From Thermoanaerobaculia bacterium (GTDB taxonomy: Bacteria > Acidobacteriota > Thermoanaerobaculia > Gp7-AA8): DNA of 64,000 nt. The position numbers and the translations under genes are program-made. The notes below the pieces were generated by a model that searched no databases, was not told the DNA's origin, and saw only the letters and a program-made list of their open reading frames with translations. The DNA is taken from assembly GCA_036522835.1 (NCBI GenBank), contig DATDFB010000296.1:1351-65350 (forward strand). Reading direction: 5' to 3'. Shown here piece after piece: positions 26,401-36,300 of this stretch (within the stretch, counting starts at the first letter, position 1; each line of letters starts with the position of its first letter).

Positions 26401-27531
26401 ACCGCCAACGTCTTCGGCATCGACGCTGCCATGACCATTTCGAACAACGGCCCGAGCGCCGCCACCGACGTCGCGACGAAGCTGACCTCTACGCCTGGTG
26501 CGTCGCCGTGCGTCACCTGCGCGATCCCGCAGCTCGCCTCGGGGAAATCGCAACCGATCGGGCAATTCTTCGACGCCACCGCGGGAGGAGTGTGGAGCGC
26601 CGCCGTCACGGCGCATCAGCGCGATCCGCAGCCGTCGAACAACAGCGTCACCTGGAGCGTCAGCGGCGACACTCACATGGTCGTCTCGCCGGCGTTCCTC
26701 GTCACCGGCGGAACGGCCACGGTGTGGGCCGTCATGACGGCGGCCACGCCCGCCGTCACCTCGTCCGATTCCTCCGTCGTCTCCGTCGGTCCGATCACGA
26801 AGCCGAGCAGCACGCTGGGCACGTTCTCCGTCACCGGGTTGAAGCCGGGCACGGCGACGCTGACGATCGCCAACGACAACGCGCTGCCGCTGACCGTCAG
26901 CGTCGTTGCGCCGGGAACGTCGCCGCGATTCCCGGGCGGGATGGCCATCAGCGTCGATCCGGGCAGTCCGACCTTCGACAAGCAGATCACCGTCACCGCC
27001 AAAGCGGCCGGAACCGCGCCGCTCACCGGCACCACCGCCACCGGCACCGTCATCGCCACGTTCGGCGGACAGGAGCTGGCGCGCGGCGACGTCACCGGGA
27101 GCGGCACGCTCGCGCTGCCCATCTTCCCGCGCGCCGCCGGCAGCATTCCGTACACGATCGCCTACGCCGGCGACGCGAATTTCCTGCCGCAAACCGTCAC
27201 TGGAACAACGTTCGTGCAGAAGGGCAACGCCACGCTCGCGGCCACGCTCGAAGCGGCGCCCGGCGCAGCCGGAACGTTCACGCTGTACGTCCAGGCCACG
27301 GGCTCGCCGCGCGTGCCGCCGGGCGGTACGCTCTCCGTCATGAGCGGCGCGACGCAAATCGCGACGGTGCCGCTCGCGGTCGCGGGCAGCGTGTCGCTCG
27401 CCAAAGCGACGCTGACGAACCTCGGCGCCGCGCCGTCGCTGACGATCAATTATCCGGGCGACGGGAACTACGTCTCCGGCTCGCAACAGGTCCGCGTCGT
27501 CGTGCCGCGCGCGCGCGGCGTCCGCCCCTGA
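23473..27531 (+). CDS. ELWxxDGT-repeat / Calx-beta / Ig-like exoprotein, paralog 3 (1352 aa)
   Basis: ORF 23473..27531, starting 12 nt after the ELW2 stop. Signal peptide: MRTTLALLLFVCSFSASAETPYLVKDINT. Same domain order as paralog 2. Confidence 0.9.
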   Translation: MRTTLALLLFVCSFSASAETPYLVKDINTTNSHQIKSSVPSEFAKVGNTIYFAANTDPYGPELWTTDGTSGGTKLVADIVPGTSGSGPSGFSSVNGVFLFNARDVNHGIELWTSDGTAAGTHLLLDVNPGPSSGQPTGKFLYKTRLLFSADDGVNGRELWVTDGTAGGTRMLKDLNPGSVGSFPFNFTQLGGSVYFFAAGALWKTDATEAGTVQVAGVSGRSMVAAGSRLFFEGFSPESGREPWVSDGTAAGTHRILDVLPGTSGSTETSYVTPFVALDQRALFLANDGVHGRELWVTDGTAAGTHMVRDLLPGPKGPWDFSYPGLTAFNGRAYFSMSDADHGLEVWVTDGTEEGTQLFLDSAPGKTPGFPFYFTVSGGKLYFAAGSDYLSGSPLWVSDGTAAGTHRLRAPDELGLGFNDLVAPLWPVDGKIYFSGFTPLTGGEPWVTDGTDAGTHMIANIVADGAPSSNPYMFTPLGNLLFFHATEGTLAPSNVAEASLWRTDGTAAGTFKLRETGQHPPALLPAGNVLFFSQSFDPLTMTDGTLAGTGPADAYLQGKFGSNRLTSTFVFGDTVFALVNGVLWKTAAAPNAPAVNLGARNANGLIEAGGHWMFWAENGTFKMGLWTTDGTAAGTYAVFPDFGADDLLSPSNLVNAAGTIFFAKTLRDSNTTKLWKSDGTADGTVVVKEIGANVESIAAAGRRAFFVAGGSLWTSDGTAAGTVALTAVKSSPGSPTKLVPAGNRIVYVQYLPYPLSGTELWASDGTAAGTKLLMTFNAYLQPPAAVDGIVYLQGYDDAHGAELWTTDGTAEGTKLFVDVDPGPSGSFPDEFVKIGNTLYFRASTDTTGTELWALPLTDPVLSIADARAGEGGTTMRFTVSLAPAATQSVTVDYATSDGSARAGNDYDAASGTLTFAPGETSKTIDVRVRDDAAIEENETFSVTLRNAAGARVIRSEGIGIIDDDDAASDLALSVSFTANVFGIDAAMTISNNGPSAATDVATKLTSTPGASPCVTCAIPQLASGKSQPIGQFFDATAGGVWSAAVTAHQRDPQPSNNSVTWSVSGDTHMVVSPAFLVTGGTATVWAVMTAATPAVTSSDSSVVSVGPITKPSSTLGTFSVTGLKPGTATLTIANDNALPLTVSVVAPGTSPRFPGGMAISVDPGSPTFDKQITVTAKAAGTAPLTGTTATGTVIATFGGQELARGDVTGSGTLALPIFPRAAGSIPYTIAYAGDANFLPQTVTGTTFVQKGNATLAATLEAAPGAAGTFTLYVQATGSPRVPPGGTLSVMSGATQIATVPLAVAGSVSLAKATLTNLGAAPSLTINYPGDGNYVSGSQQVRVVVPRARGVRP

Positions 27532-27637
27532 TCCCGATGAAAACTCCTTCTCTTCCGCGCCGGCAGCCGGACCCGCAGCGGCGCGACATTGATGTGCACC
27601 GATGTGTGCCGCGCTCGGTCCGCGACGCACCACATCG

Positions 27638-28003
27638 ATGATTACCTCTCCGATTCGCACGGCCTGCGCACTCTCCGCAGCGGCGGCGTTCTTCGTGGCC
27701 ATCGCCGCGATCGTCACCGACGGCGCGGCGGGAACTGGGTCGAGCTCGCGACGGCGCGCAAGTGTGATCGTGCTCGATGCCAATCGCATGTTCCACGAGA
27801 CCGGCGCTCGCGAGGGCGAGTACGAAGAGTTCGCGCGCTTTTCGATCAGCACGACCTGCATGACAGTGAACTGCGCAGTGAAGAACGGCAATCGCCTGCA
27901 GTGGGCGCTCATGAACTGGAACGGCGACGACGTCGAGTTTCGGATCCGTCTGAAGCTGCATCGCTGCGGCAAGATCGCCGACGACGTCGATGAGTCGTCC
28001 TGA
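27638..28003 (+). CDS. Possible chimeric small protein: duplicated TM-helix N-terminus fused to a unique C-terminus
   Basis: ATG 27638 is in frame with ORF 27602..28003. The first 29 or so residues, [29 protein letters not shown], are identical to the start of 37327..37707. The sequence then diverges into a non-biased tail (VIVLDANRMFHETGAREGEYEEFARFSIS...). Expression is unproven. Confidence 0.35.
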   Translation: MITSPIRTACALSAAAAFFVAIAAIVTDGAAGTGSSSRRRASVIVLDANRMFHETGAREGEYEEFARFSISTTCMTVNCAVKNGNRLQWALMNWNGDDVEFRIRLKLHRCGKIADDVDESS

Positions 28004-28007
28004 TGCG

Positions 28008-28574
28008 CTAGCGATCAACAGCGCGTCGGGCCGCCCACCCCTCGAGCTCCAGCCCCTGCACGCGCGCGTCGTTCGGCAAGGCCTTCTTCACGGCGGCGAG
28101 GATCTCGGCGGGCTGGCGCTTTCCTTCCAGGCGCGGGACCTGCGATACGCGGACGGAGCCGTCGCGATTGACCGCGACGACGAAGATGTTTCCATCAGCC
28201 AGGTCGAACCGGCGGCCGCCGCCTTCGAACACGTCCGCGAACACGTAGCGGCGGAAGACCGTGACCGGCTGCGCCTCGAACTGCTTCACGCCTCTCTCTG
28301 TGTACGCGAAGCGAAAGGTGTGCTTCCGCTCGTCACCGGCGCTTCCGTATTCAAAGCCGAGATCGGCGCGCGGCGGATCCCACTGCGGTACGAACAGAAC
28401 GTGGCACACCGGGACAGGCTCGTCGCTTCCCTCGTACACGTAGTGCGACTCCAAGTGCGCGTGCTTGCTGAGTGTTGCCGTATTCCCGTGCGTCCCGTGC
28501 CTGCCGACGCCGAGCCAACACCCGGCGCTCACCGCGAGCAGGACAACACCTACGGACAACGTTCGTGACGGCAT
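28008..28574 (-). CDS. Hypothetical secreted/anchored protein (188 aa)
   Basis: ORF 28008..28574. N-terminal hydrophobic segment: MPSRTLSVGVVLLAVSAGCWLG. The composition looks protein-like (not Arg/Ala-biased). No recognisable motif. Confidence 0.55.
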   Translation of the reverse strand: MPSRTLSVGVVLLAVSAGCWLGVGRHGTHGNTATLSKHAHLESHYVYEGSDEPVPVCHVLFVPQWDPPRADLGFEYGSAGDERKHTFRFAYTERGVKQFEAQPVTVFRRYVFADVFEGGGRRFDLADGNIFVVAVNRDGSVRVSQVPRLEGKRQPAEILAAVKKALPNDARVQGLELEGWAARRAVDR

Positions 28575-28614
28575 GCCCTCAACATACGCATGCCGCCACC
28601 GATCCGCAAGCTAC

Positions 28615-29127
28615 CTACCGCATCGGTCTGGCGCGCCCGTCGCGGATGGCTTGTTCCACCATCACCCGCAGCTTGGCCTCGATCTCCTTCTCCATCGCGT
28701 CCATGCGCTGCTCGAGCTCGCGCATGCGCGCGCTGACGGCGCGGTCGCGCTCGCGGAGGCGCTGGAGCTCGCCGGGCTCGCCCGTGGCCTTGCCGTCCTC
28801 GATGGCGTCGATGCGGTGGTCGAGCCGCCTCTCCTCCGCGGCCAGCGCCTTCTCTTCGGGCTTCAGCGCATGCGCCGGCGCCCACAGCGCGTCGGCGTCG
28901 CGAAGGAAGGCCTCGTCGCGGATCACGTACTCCCGTCCGTCGATGCGCGTCCAGAGATATGACCCGCCGCCGAGCCGTTTCTGCAGGCCGACGAAGAACT
29001 CGATCGACGAGCCCGACATCATCGTCACGTCCGTTTTTCCGAAGTGCAGCACGTAGGCGTCGCCGCGCCGCCACGCCGCGCCGGTCGAGAGAGCGAGGAG
29101 CATCAGAAGCAGCATTGTTCGTCGCAT
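28615..29127 (-). CDS. 170-aa secreted coiled-coil protein, paralog 2
   Basis: ATG 29127 is in frame with ORF 28615..29367 and gives MRRTMLLLMLLALSTGAAWRRGDAYVLHFGKTDVTMM. Same length as 18820..19332, with about 17 substitutions and no indels by eye. Divergent from ELW4. Confidence 0.75.
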   Translation of the reverse strand: MRRTMLLLMLLALSTGAAWRRGDAYVLHFGKTDVTMMSGSSIEFFVGLQKRLGGGSYLWTRIDGREYVIRDEAFLRDADALWAPAHALKPEEKALAAEERRLDHRIDAIEDGKATGEPGELQRLRERDRAVSARMRELEQRMDAMEKEIEAKLRVMVEQAIRDGRARPMR

Positions 29128-29166
29128 ATCCCTTGGACGGCGCCCGCGCCACGCCGGTTGGGATTC

Positions 29167-29200
29167 TTGATAAAATGCAGCCTCGTCCGTCGATCCCATC
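29167..29200 (+). promoter_or_regulatory. Conserved AT-rich leader/promoter box upstream of ELW gene 4
   Basis: ttgataaaatgcagcctcgtccgtcgatcccatc-ATG; see 14667-14701. Confidence 0.4.
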
Positions 29201-32200
29201 ATGCGAACATCCCTCGCCCTCCTGCTCTTCGTCTGCTCGTTTTCCGCCTCGGCGCAGACGCCGGTCCTCGTCAAAGACATCAACACCACCAACTCGCGCG
29301 ACCTCAAGTCGTCGGTTCCGACCGAGTTCGCCAAGGCCGGCAACACCGTCTTCTTCGCCGCCAGCACCGATGCCTACGGCAGCGAGCTCTGGAGCACGGA
29401 CGGCACGAGCGCCGGCACGAAGCTCGTCGCCGACATCGTCCCCGGCACCTCGAGCTCGAGTCCCGGCGCCTTCCGCACCGTCAACGGCGTACTCCTCTTC
29501 AGCGCGCGCGACGCCAATCACGGCGTCGAGCTCTGGACGAGCGACGGCACCGCCGCCGGCACGCACCTCTTTCTCGACCTCAATCCCGGCCCGAGCTCGG
29601 CGCAGGCGTTCTTCGCCTCCTTCAACTACAAGAACGGGACGTTCTTCACCGCCGACGACGGCGTGAACGGGCGCGAGCTCTGGTTCACCGACGGCACGGC
29701 GGCGGGCACGCGCATCGTCAAGGACATCAATCCCGGCAGCGCCGGATCGTTCCCGTCGAGCCTCACGATCTTCGGTGGCAGCGTCTACTTTTTCACCACG
29801 GGCGGGCTGTGGAAGACCGACGGCACGGACGCGGGCACGGTCAAGGTCGCCTCCGTGAGCGGCCGCGGCCTGGCCGCGGCGGGCTCGCAGCTTTTCTTCG
29901 ACGGCTATTCGCCGGACGCCGGCGTCGAGCCGTGGGTCAGCGACGGCACGGAGGCGGGGACGCATCAGATCGCCGACATCCTGCCGGGCCCGAACGGCTC
30001 GACGGACTCGATCTATCCCATCACGTACGTCCCCATCGGCAACCGTGCGCTCTTCCTCGCCAAAGACGGCGTGCACGGGCGCGAGCTCTGGGTCACCGAC
30101 GGCACCGCCGCCGGAACGCACATGGTCCACGATTTCCTGCCGGGCCCGAAAGGGGCGTGGGACTTCGGCGTTCCGTTCATCAAGGTGCTGAACGGCCGCG
30201 CGTACTTTGCGGCGAGCGATGGCGCGCATGGCGATGAGTTGTGGGTGAGCGACGGCACCGAATCCGGGACGAGCCGCGTCCTCGACTCCGCGTCCGGCTC
30301 CGGATTCAGCTACCCCTTCGCGCTCACGCTCTCCGGAGCGAAGCTCTTCTTCTGGGCCGGCACCGATTCTCTGTCCGGCTCGTCGTTGTGGGTGTCGGAC
30401 GGCACGGCCGCCGGCACGCATCGCCTCGGCGCCGCGGACAGGCTCGGCCTCGGTAACGTCAGCTACGGCGCGATCTGGCCCGTCGACGGGAAGGTCTACT
30501 TCAACGGATCGACGCCGCTGACGGGAAGCGAGCCGTGGGTGTCGGACGGAACCGACGCGGGGACGCGCATGATCGCCAACCTCGCTCCGGACGGCGCGCC
30601 GTCATCGAATCCCGGTGCGCTCACGCGCGCGGGCAACCTGCTGGTTTTCTACGCCAGCGACGGGACGCCGGTCACCAACTCGGCCGAAGCCACCGTGTGG
30701 CGGACCGACGGCACGCCGGCGGGGACGTTCAAGTTGATCGACAAGGCCAAGAGCGGATGGACGTTCACCTCCTTCGGACCGTTCGCTCTTTTCAAAGAGC
30801 CCTTTGACAACAGCCCCGTGTTCATCACCGACGGCACCGTCGACGGGACCGGACCGGCCACCAGCTTCCTCAGCCGCTTCGATTCCCCGAAGGTTCAAAC
30901 GTATTGGCGCTTCGGCGACACGCTCTTCGCCGCGGCCGGCGGCAGCGGGACTTTCGATACCTTCCTTTGGAAAACCACCGCGGCGTTGAACGCCCCGGCG
31001 GTGAACCTCGGCGCGAAGTCGCCGTTCGGCATGATCGAGGCCGGCGGGCATTGGATGTTCTATGCCCAGGCGCCGCGCGGCGTGTACTACTACGGTCTTT
31101 GGACCACGGACGGTACGCCTCAGGGAACGTACGCTGTCGTTCCCGAGCTCGGCGACACCGCCTCGCAGTCGCCCGATCCGATGGTCAACGCCGGCGGGAC
31201 GATCTTTTTCTCGATGCAGTTGCGCGACGAAAAGACGAAGCTGTGGAAGAGCGACGGCACGTTCGACGGCACCGTGCCGGTCAAGGAAATCCCCCAGGGC
31301 GTCTTTTCACTGACCGCCGCCGGGCGGCGCGTCTTCTTCGTCACGAACGCCGGCAGCTTCAACTCGCCTGACAAAACGCTCTGGACGAGCGACGGAACCG
31401 CCGAAGGCACGGTCGCCCTCGCGAACGTGAAGCTGCAGGACGCGCGCGGCGCGCTCGTCGCCGCCGGCAACCGCGTTCTGTTCGCTCAGTACGACAACGA
31501 CACCGGGTATCACCTCTGGACGAGCGACGGCACGGTGGAGGGAACGAAGCTGCTCAGGGATCTGAACAGAGTCTTCCCGAGCTTCACCAACATCGACGGC
31601 ACGCTGTACTTCGCCGGCAACGACGACGCGCACGGCTCCGAGCTGTGGACGACGGACGGCACGGCGGAGGGGACGAAGCTCCTTGCCGACGTGAATCCCG
31701 GTCCGGCCAGCTCCAACCCGGCAGAGTTCACAAAGATCGGCGACACGCTCTACTTCAGCGCCTCCGAGGAGAGCGTCGGACGCGAGCTGTGGGCGCTGCC
31801 GCTCGCCGATCCGGCGCTCTCCATTGCCGACGCGCGCGTCGCCGAGGGGGGCAGCGGGACGGCTGCGATGCGCTTCACCGTGACCCTCACGCCCGCGGCG
31901 CAGCAGAGCGTGACCGTCGACTACGCGACCTCCGACGGCACCGCGCGCGCCGGTGACGACTACGACGCCGCGTCGGGCACCCTGATCTTTGCTCCCGGCG
32001 AGACGGCCAAGACGATCGACGTCCGCGTGCGCGGCGACGCCGCCTCCGAGGGGAACGAGACGTTCTTCGTGGCCCTCCGCAGCGCCCACGGCGCGCGCGT
32101 CGTCCGGAGCGACGCGGCGGGCATCATCGACGATGACGACGCCTCCGCCGACGTGAGCGTCGCGGTGAAGTTCTCACCCGCGTCGTTTTCCGGCATCGTC

Positions 32201-33304
32201 GACGACGTCGTCGTCTCCAACGCCGGCCCGCGCGCCGCGACCAACATCGCCACCAACATCACCTCGACCCTCAGCCAATCGCCGTGCAACTGCGCGCCCT
32301 CGCAGCTCGCGCCGGGCGCGTCGCAAACGTTGCTCCGCTTTTCCCCCCGTCCGTCCGGCTACCTCTCCGCCTCCGTCACGGCGCGGGAGCGCGATCCGCA
32401 GGCCGCGAACAACACGGCGACGTGGACGATGAACGGCGACCAGACGCTGGGCATCGACCGCGCCTATCTCTTCACCGGCGGCACCGCGAACGGCGCGGCG
32501 TATACGTTCCGCGAGAACCCGGCCATTGTGCTGTCCGATCCCTCCGTCCTCTCCGTCGGCACCCTCGAGCGCAACGCCGCGAACGGCTTCACGACGTTCA
32601 AGATCACGGCCCTCAAGCCGGGGACGACCACGCTGAGCATCAACGGGCAGGGAACGCAGCAACTGACCGTCATCGTGGCCGAGCCCGGAACGGTGCCGCG
32701 CTTCCCCGGCGGCGTGTCGATCGCCACCGACTTTTCCGCCACCCGTCTCGACCGTCCCATCACCGTCACGGTCAGCGCCATCGGCACGTCGCCGTACAAC
32801 GGCGCGGCGCCCACCGGCACCGTGACGGTCACGGCGGGAGGGACGGAGGTGGCGCACGGCATCATCGACAGCACGCGGGCCATCCGGTTGCCGTTCTACC
32901 TCCGCTCGCTCAACGCCGTGCCGATCACGATCGCCTACAGCGGCGACGCGAACTTCGCCCCGCAAACCGTGAGCGGCAGCGTCTTCGGCCAAAAGGCGCA
33001 GACGACGCTGACGGCGACGTTGCAGGCCGTTCCCGGCGCCGCCGGAACGTTCGTGCTGAACGTCGATGCCGCCGGCTCGCCGGTTGTGCCGCCGGCCGGC
33101 ACGCTCTCCGTCCTGAGCGGCACGACGGAGATTGCCAAGGTGACGCTCACCGCCGCGGGCAGCGTGTCGACGGCGAAGGCGACGCTCTCGAGTCTTCCGG
33201 CCGCGCCGGCGCTGACGGTGAGCTATCCGGGCGACAGCCTCCATCTCTCCACGGCCCAACAGGTGCGCGTCGTCATCCCCCGCACGCGCGCGGTGCGCCA
33301 CTGA
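29201..33304 (+). CDS. ELWxxDGT-repeat / Calx-beta / Ig-like exoprotein, paralog 4 (1367 aa)
   Basis: ORF 29201..33304. Signal peptide: MRTSLALLLFVCSFSASAQTPVLVKDINT. The N-terminus is closest to paralog 3. Calx-beta: RFTVTLTPAAQQSVTVDYATSDGTARAGDDYDAASGTLIFAPGETAKTIDVRVRGD. Confidence 0.9.
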   Translation: MRTSLALLLFVCSFSASAQTPVLVKDINTTNSRDLKSSVPTEFAKAGNTVFFAASTDAYGSELWSTDGTSAGTKLVADIVPGTSSSSPGAFRTVNGVLLFSARDANHGVELWTSDGTAAGTHLFLDLNPGPSSAQAFFASFNYKNGTFFTADDGVNGRELWFTDGTAAGTRIVKDINPGSAGSFPSSLTIFGGSVYFFTTGGLWKTDGTDAGTVKVASVSGRGLAAAGSQLFFDGYSPDAGVEPWVSDGTEAGTHQIADILPGPNGSTDSIYPITYVPIGNRALFLAKDGVHGRELWVTDGTAAGTHMVHDFLPGPKGAWDFGVPFIKVLNGRAYFAASDGAHGDELWVSDGTESGTSRVLDSASGSGFSYPFALTLSGAKLFFWAGTDSLSGSSLWVSDGTAAGTHRLGAADRLGLGNVSYGAIWPVDGKVYFNGSTPLTGSEPWVSDGTDAGTRMIANLAPDGAPSSNPGALTRAGNLLVFYASDGTPVTNSAEATVWRTDGTPAGTFKLIDKAKSGWTFTSFGPFALFKEPFDNSPVFITDGTVDGTGPATSFLSRFDSPKVQTYWRFGDTLFAAAGGSGTFDTFLWKTTAALNAPAVNLGAKSPFGMIEAGGHWMFYAQAPRGVYYYGLWTTDGTPQGTYAVVPELGDTASQSPDPMVNAGGTIFFSMQLRDEKTKLWKSDGTFDGTVPVKEIPQGVFSLTAAGRRVFFVTNAGSFNSPDKTLWTSDGTAEGTVALANVKLQDARGALVAAGNRVLFAQYDNDTGYHLWTSDGTVEGTKLLRDLNRVFPSFTNIDGTLYFAGNDDAHGSELWTTDGTAEGTKLLADVNPGPASSNPAEFTKIGDTLYFSASEESVGRELWALPLADPALSIADARVAEGGSGTAAMRFTVTLTPAAQQSVTVDYATSDGTARAGDDYDAASGTLIFAPGETAKTIDVRVRGDAASEGNETFFVALRSAHGARVVRSDAAGIIDDDDASADVSVAVKFSPASFSGIVDDVVVSNAGPRAATNIATNITSTLSQSPCNCAPSQLAPGASQTLLRFSPRPSGYLSASVTARERDPQAANNTATWTMNGDQTLGIDRAYLFTGGTANGAAYTFRENPAIVLSDPSVLSVGTLERNAANGFTTFKITALKPGTTTLSINGQGTQQLTVIVAEPGTVPRFPGGVSIATDFSATRLDRPITVTVSAIGTSPYNGAAPTGTVTVTAGGTEVAHGIIDSTRAIRLPFYLRSLNAVPITIAYSGDANFAPQTVSGSVFGQKAQTTLTATLQAVPGAAGTFVLNVDAAGSPVVPPAGTLSVLSGTTEIAKVTLTAAGSVSTAKATLSSLPAAPALTVSYPGDSLHLSTAQQVRVVIPRTRAVRH

Positions 33305-33309
33305 CTCCG

Positions 33310-36300
33310 ATGAGAACCTCCGCGCTCGCCGTTCTCCTCTCGCTGGCCGCGCCGCTCGCCGCGCGCGCGCAGGAGCCGGCATATCTCGTCCGGGACATCA
33401 ACACCGTCACGAGCTCGAGCCCGAGCTCGTCGTCGCCGTACGGCTTCTTTCGCTTCGGATCGCGCATCGTCTTCGCCGCCGCCGGCAGCGACGGCATCGA
33501 GCTCTGGTCGACGGACGGCACCCCCGCCGGCACGGCGGAGATCGCCAATATCTACGGGAGCTCCGGATCGTCGTCGCCGTCGCGCTTCGCCATCGTCAAC
33601 GGCAAGCTGCTCTTCAACGCTCTCGACGCCACCCACGGCGAAGAGCTGTGGGTCTCGGACGGCACGGCCGCAAACACGCGGCTGCTCGCCGACATCCAGC
33701 CCGGCTCCGCCGGCTCGCGGCCGGGAGACCGCATCGTCTATGGCGGGAAGTTGATCTTCGCGGCCACGGAGAACCTCGACGGCACGGAGCTTTGGACGAC
33801 GGACGGCACGCCCGCCGGCACGATGTTGCTCAAGGATCTGAGGCCGGGCTCTGCCGGCTCCGAGCCGAGCTCGTTCGTGCTGTTCAACGGCAGTGTCTAC
33901 TTCATCGCGGACGGCGCGCTCTGGAAAACCGACGGAACGGCCGGCGGTACGGTGAAGGTGAAATCGGCGAACATTTTCGGGAGTCTCACCGTCGCCGGCT
34001 CGCGGCTGTATTTCGCCGCCAGCAGCACACCCGACTTCGTGTTCGGGCCGTGGGTCAGCGACGGGACGGACGCGGGCACGCAGCCGCTCGCTCCCTCCTC
34101 GCCGGGGAGCTTCGCGACGAGCTTCATGCCGTTCGGCGACGGGGTGTTGTTTCAAAACCTCGGGAAGCTCTGGATCAGCGACGGCACGGCCGCCGGCACG
34201 CGCGTCGTGCGCGACGACGTGCTGCTTTCGACGACGCCCGGCTTCGCCGTGGCCGGCAACATCGCCTATTTCGCGGCGTCGTCGGCGACGCTGAGCGAGG
34301 CGGAGCTGTGGCGGACGGACGGCACCGCCGCGGGCACGTTCCTCGTCCGCGACATCGCGCCGGGCCCGGCGAACGGCGGCGTGCGCGGCCTCGTCGCCGC
34401 CGGCGACAAGGTCTACTTCGTGGCCACGTCGAGCGCCGCCGGCCGGCTCACGCTCTGGGTCAGCGACGGCACCGCCGCCGGCACGCGCCAGGTCAAAGCC
34501 GCGGGACTGGCCGTCGGCTTCCCCCCGTCGGGCCCGACGCTCGCGAACATCGACGGCACGATCTGGTTCTCCGGCGCGAACGCGCTGAACGGCTATGAGC
34601 TGTGGAAGAGCGACGGCACCGACGCCGGAACGACGATGGTGGCGAACATCAGTGCCGACCTCCCGCCCGGCTCGTTCCCGCGCAACTTCACCGCTGCCGG
34701 CGGGCTCCTTTTCTTCGATGCCTGGAACGGCCTCGGCACGTTCACGGACCCGAATCAGTTGCCGCGATCGCTCTGGCGCACCGACGGCACCGCCGCCGGC
34801 ACGATCGAGCTGACGGACCTGCCGTTCGCCGCGGCCACCGCCGCCGGCAGCAGGATCTACTTCATGAAAAACAACAAGCTCTGGACGAGCGACGGCACGC
34901 CCGAGGGAACGGGGCCGGACACGGAGCTCGCGCGCCGCTTTCCGGCGGGATTCAACCTGCAAGGAGTGGTGGGCGACCGCATCTTCGCGTACGCATATCC
35001 CAACACCTGGATGACGACCGCGGCCGCCGGCGCGCCTGCGTACAACCTCGGCGACTTCGCCGGGTACGGCTTCGTCGACGTCGCCGGACTGACGCTCTTC
35101 TTTGCCTCGAACGCGACCGGAAACAACAGCGCGTTGTGGAGGACCGACGGCACGCCCGGCGGCACGTTCCGCATTGCCGCGGATGTCGCGAACCTTCAGC
35201 GCAGCGCCGCCGTGTCCAACGGCATCCTCTACTTCTCGTACGACAAGAAACTCTGGAAGAGCGACGGCACGCCGGACGGCACGGGCGTCGTGAAGTCTGG
35301 CCTGCCGCAGGACGGCAATCGCTTCGTCGCGGCCGGGAAGAACGTCTTCTTCACCGTGAATACGCAGCTTTGGGTGACCGACGGGACGGAAGCCGGAACG
35401 CACGCGCTTCCGGCCTTTCCGAACGCCGGTCCCGCCGCCGCGGGCGACCGCGCGGTCTTCATCGTGAACAACGCGACCGGCTACGCGTTGTGGGTGAGCG
35501 ACGGCACGGCGGAGGGAACGCGTCAGCTGCGGCCGCCCCAGTTCTTCGACATCCTCGGCCTCGCCACGGTGGGCGGTCTCGTCTACTTCACGATGGGTGA
35601 CGATCGCGGCGTCGAGCCGTGGGTCACGGACGGCACGCCGGAGGGGACGCTGCGCGCTGCCGACGTCGAGCCGGGAAGCGCCGGCAGTTTCCCGCATGAC
35701 TTCGCGCTCGCCGGCGATCGGATTTACTTCAGCGCCACGACGTCGGCGGCGGGCACGGAGCTGTGGGCGATCTCGATCGCGCAGCGGTTGACGATCGGCG
35801 ATGCTCGCGTGTCCGAGGGAGACTCGGCGGACGGTGTGGCGCGCTTTACCGTGACCCTGTCGGCGGCGGCGAAGCAGAGCGTGAGCGTCGACTACGCGAC
35901 CGCCGACGGCAGCGCGCACGCCGGCAGCGACTACGACGCGGCCGCGGGGACGCTGACGTTCGCGCCGGGCGAGACCGCGAAGAGCATCGACGTGCGCGTC
36001 CACGGCGACACCGCCACGAACGGCAACCGCATCTTCTTCGTCACGCTGAAGAACGCCGCCGGCGCCGCCATTGACAAGGCCTCAGGCAGCGGCGTCATCG
36101 AAGACGATGACCAGACCGCCGACCTCGGCCTGGCCCTCGACATCTTCGGCGCCGTGCCGGGCATCGTCGTCGCCAACGTCGCGAACAACGGCCCGAGCGT
36201 GGCCACGAACGCGGCCGTCACGACCACGGTCACGCCGCGGGCAAGCTCCTTCGATTGTCCGGCGTGCTCCGCCTCGATGCTCCTCCTGCCGGGGGCGACG

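Noticed and set aside
19426-27972. 2848-aa stop-free antisense ORF spanning ELW2 and ELW3
   Set aside because: The composition is extreme (Arg/Ala/Gly/Asp) with no signal peptide or motifs. The plus strand encodes two proteins with signal peptides, regular ELWxxDGT repeats and Calx-beta signatures. Long antisense open frames are expected at this GC content. The same applies to 14690..18652 (1320 aa), 28550..30421 and 33223..36003 (926 aa).
32284-33309. N-terminal 342 codons of ORF 32284..37284
   Set aside because: This part overlaps the 3' third of ELW4 in another frame and is Arg/Gly/His-rich. The paralog-like signal peptide starts at ATG 33310.
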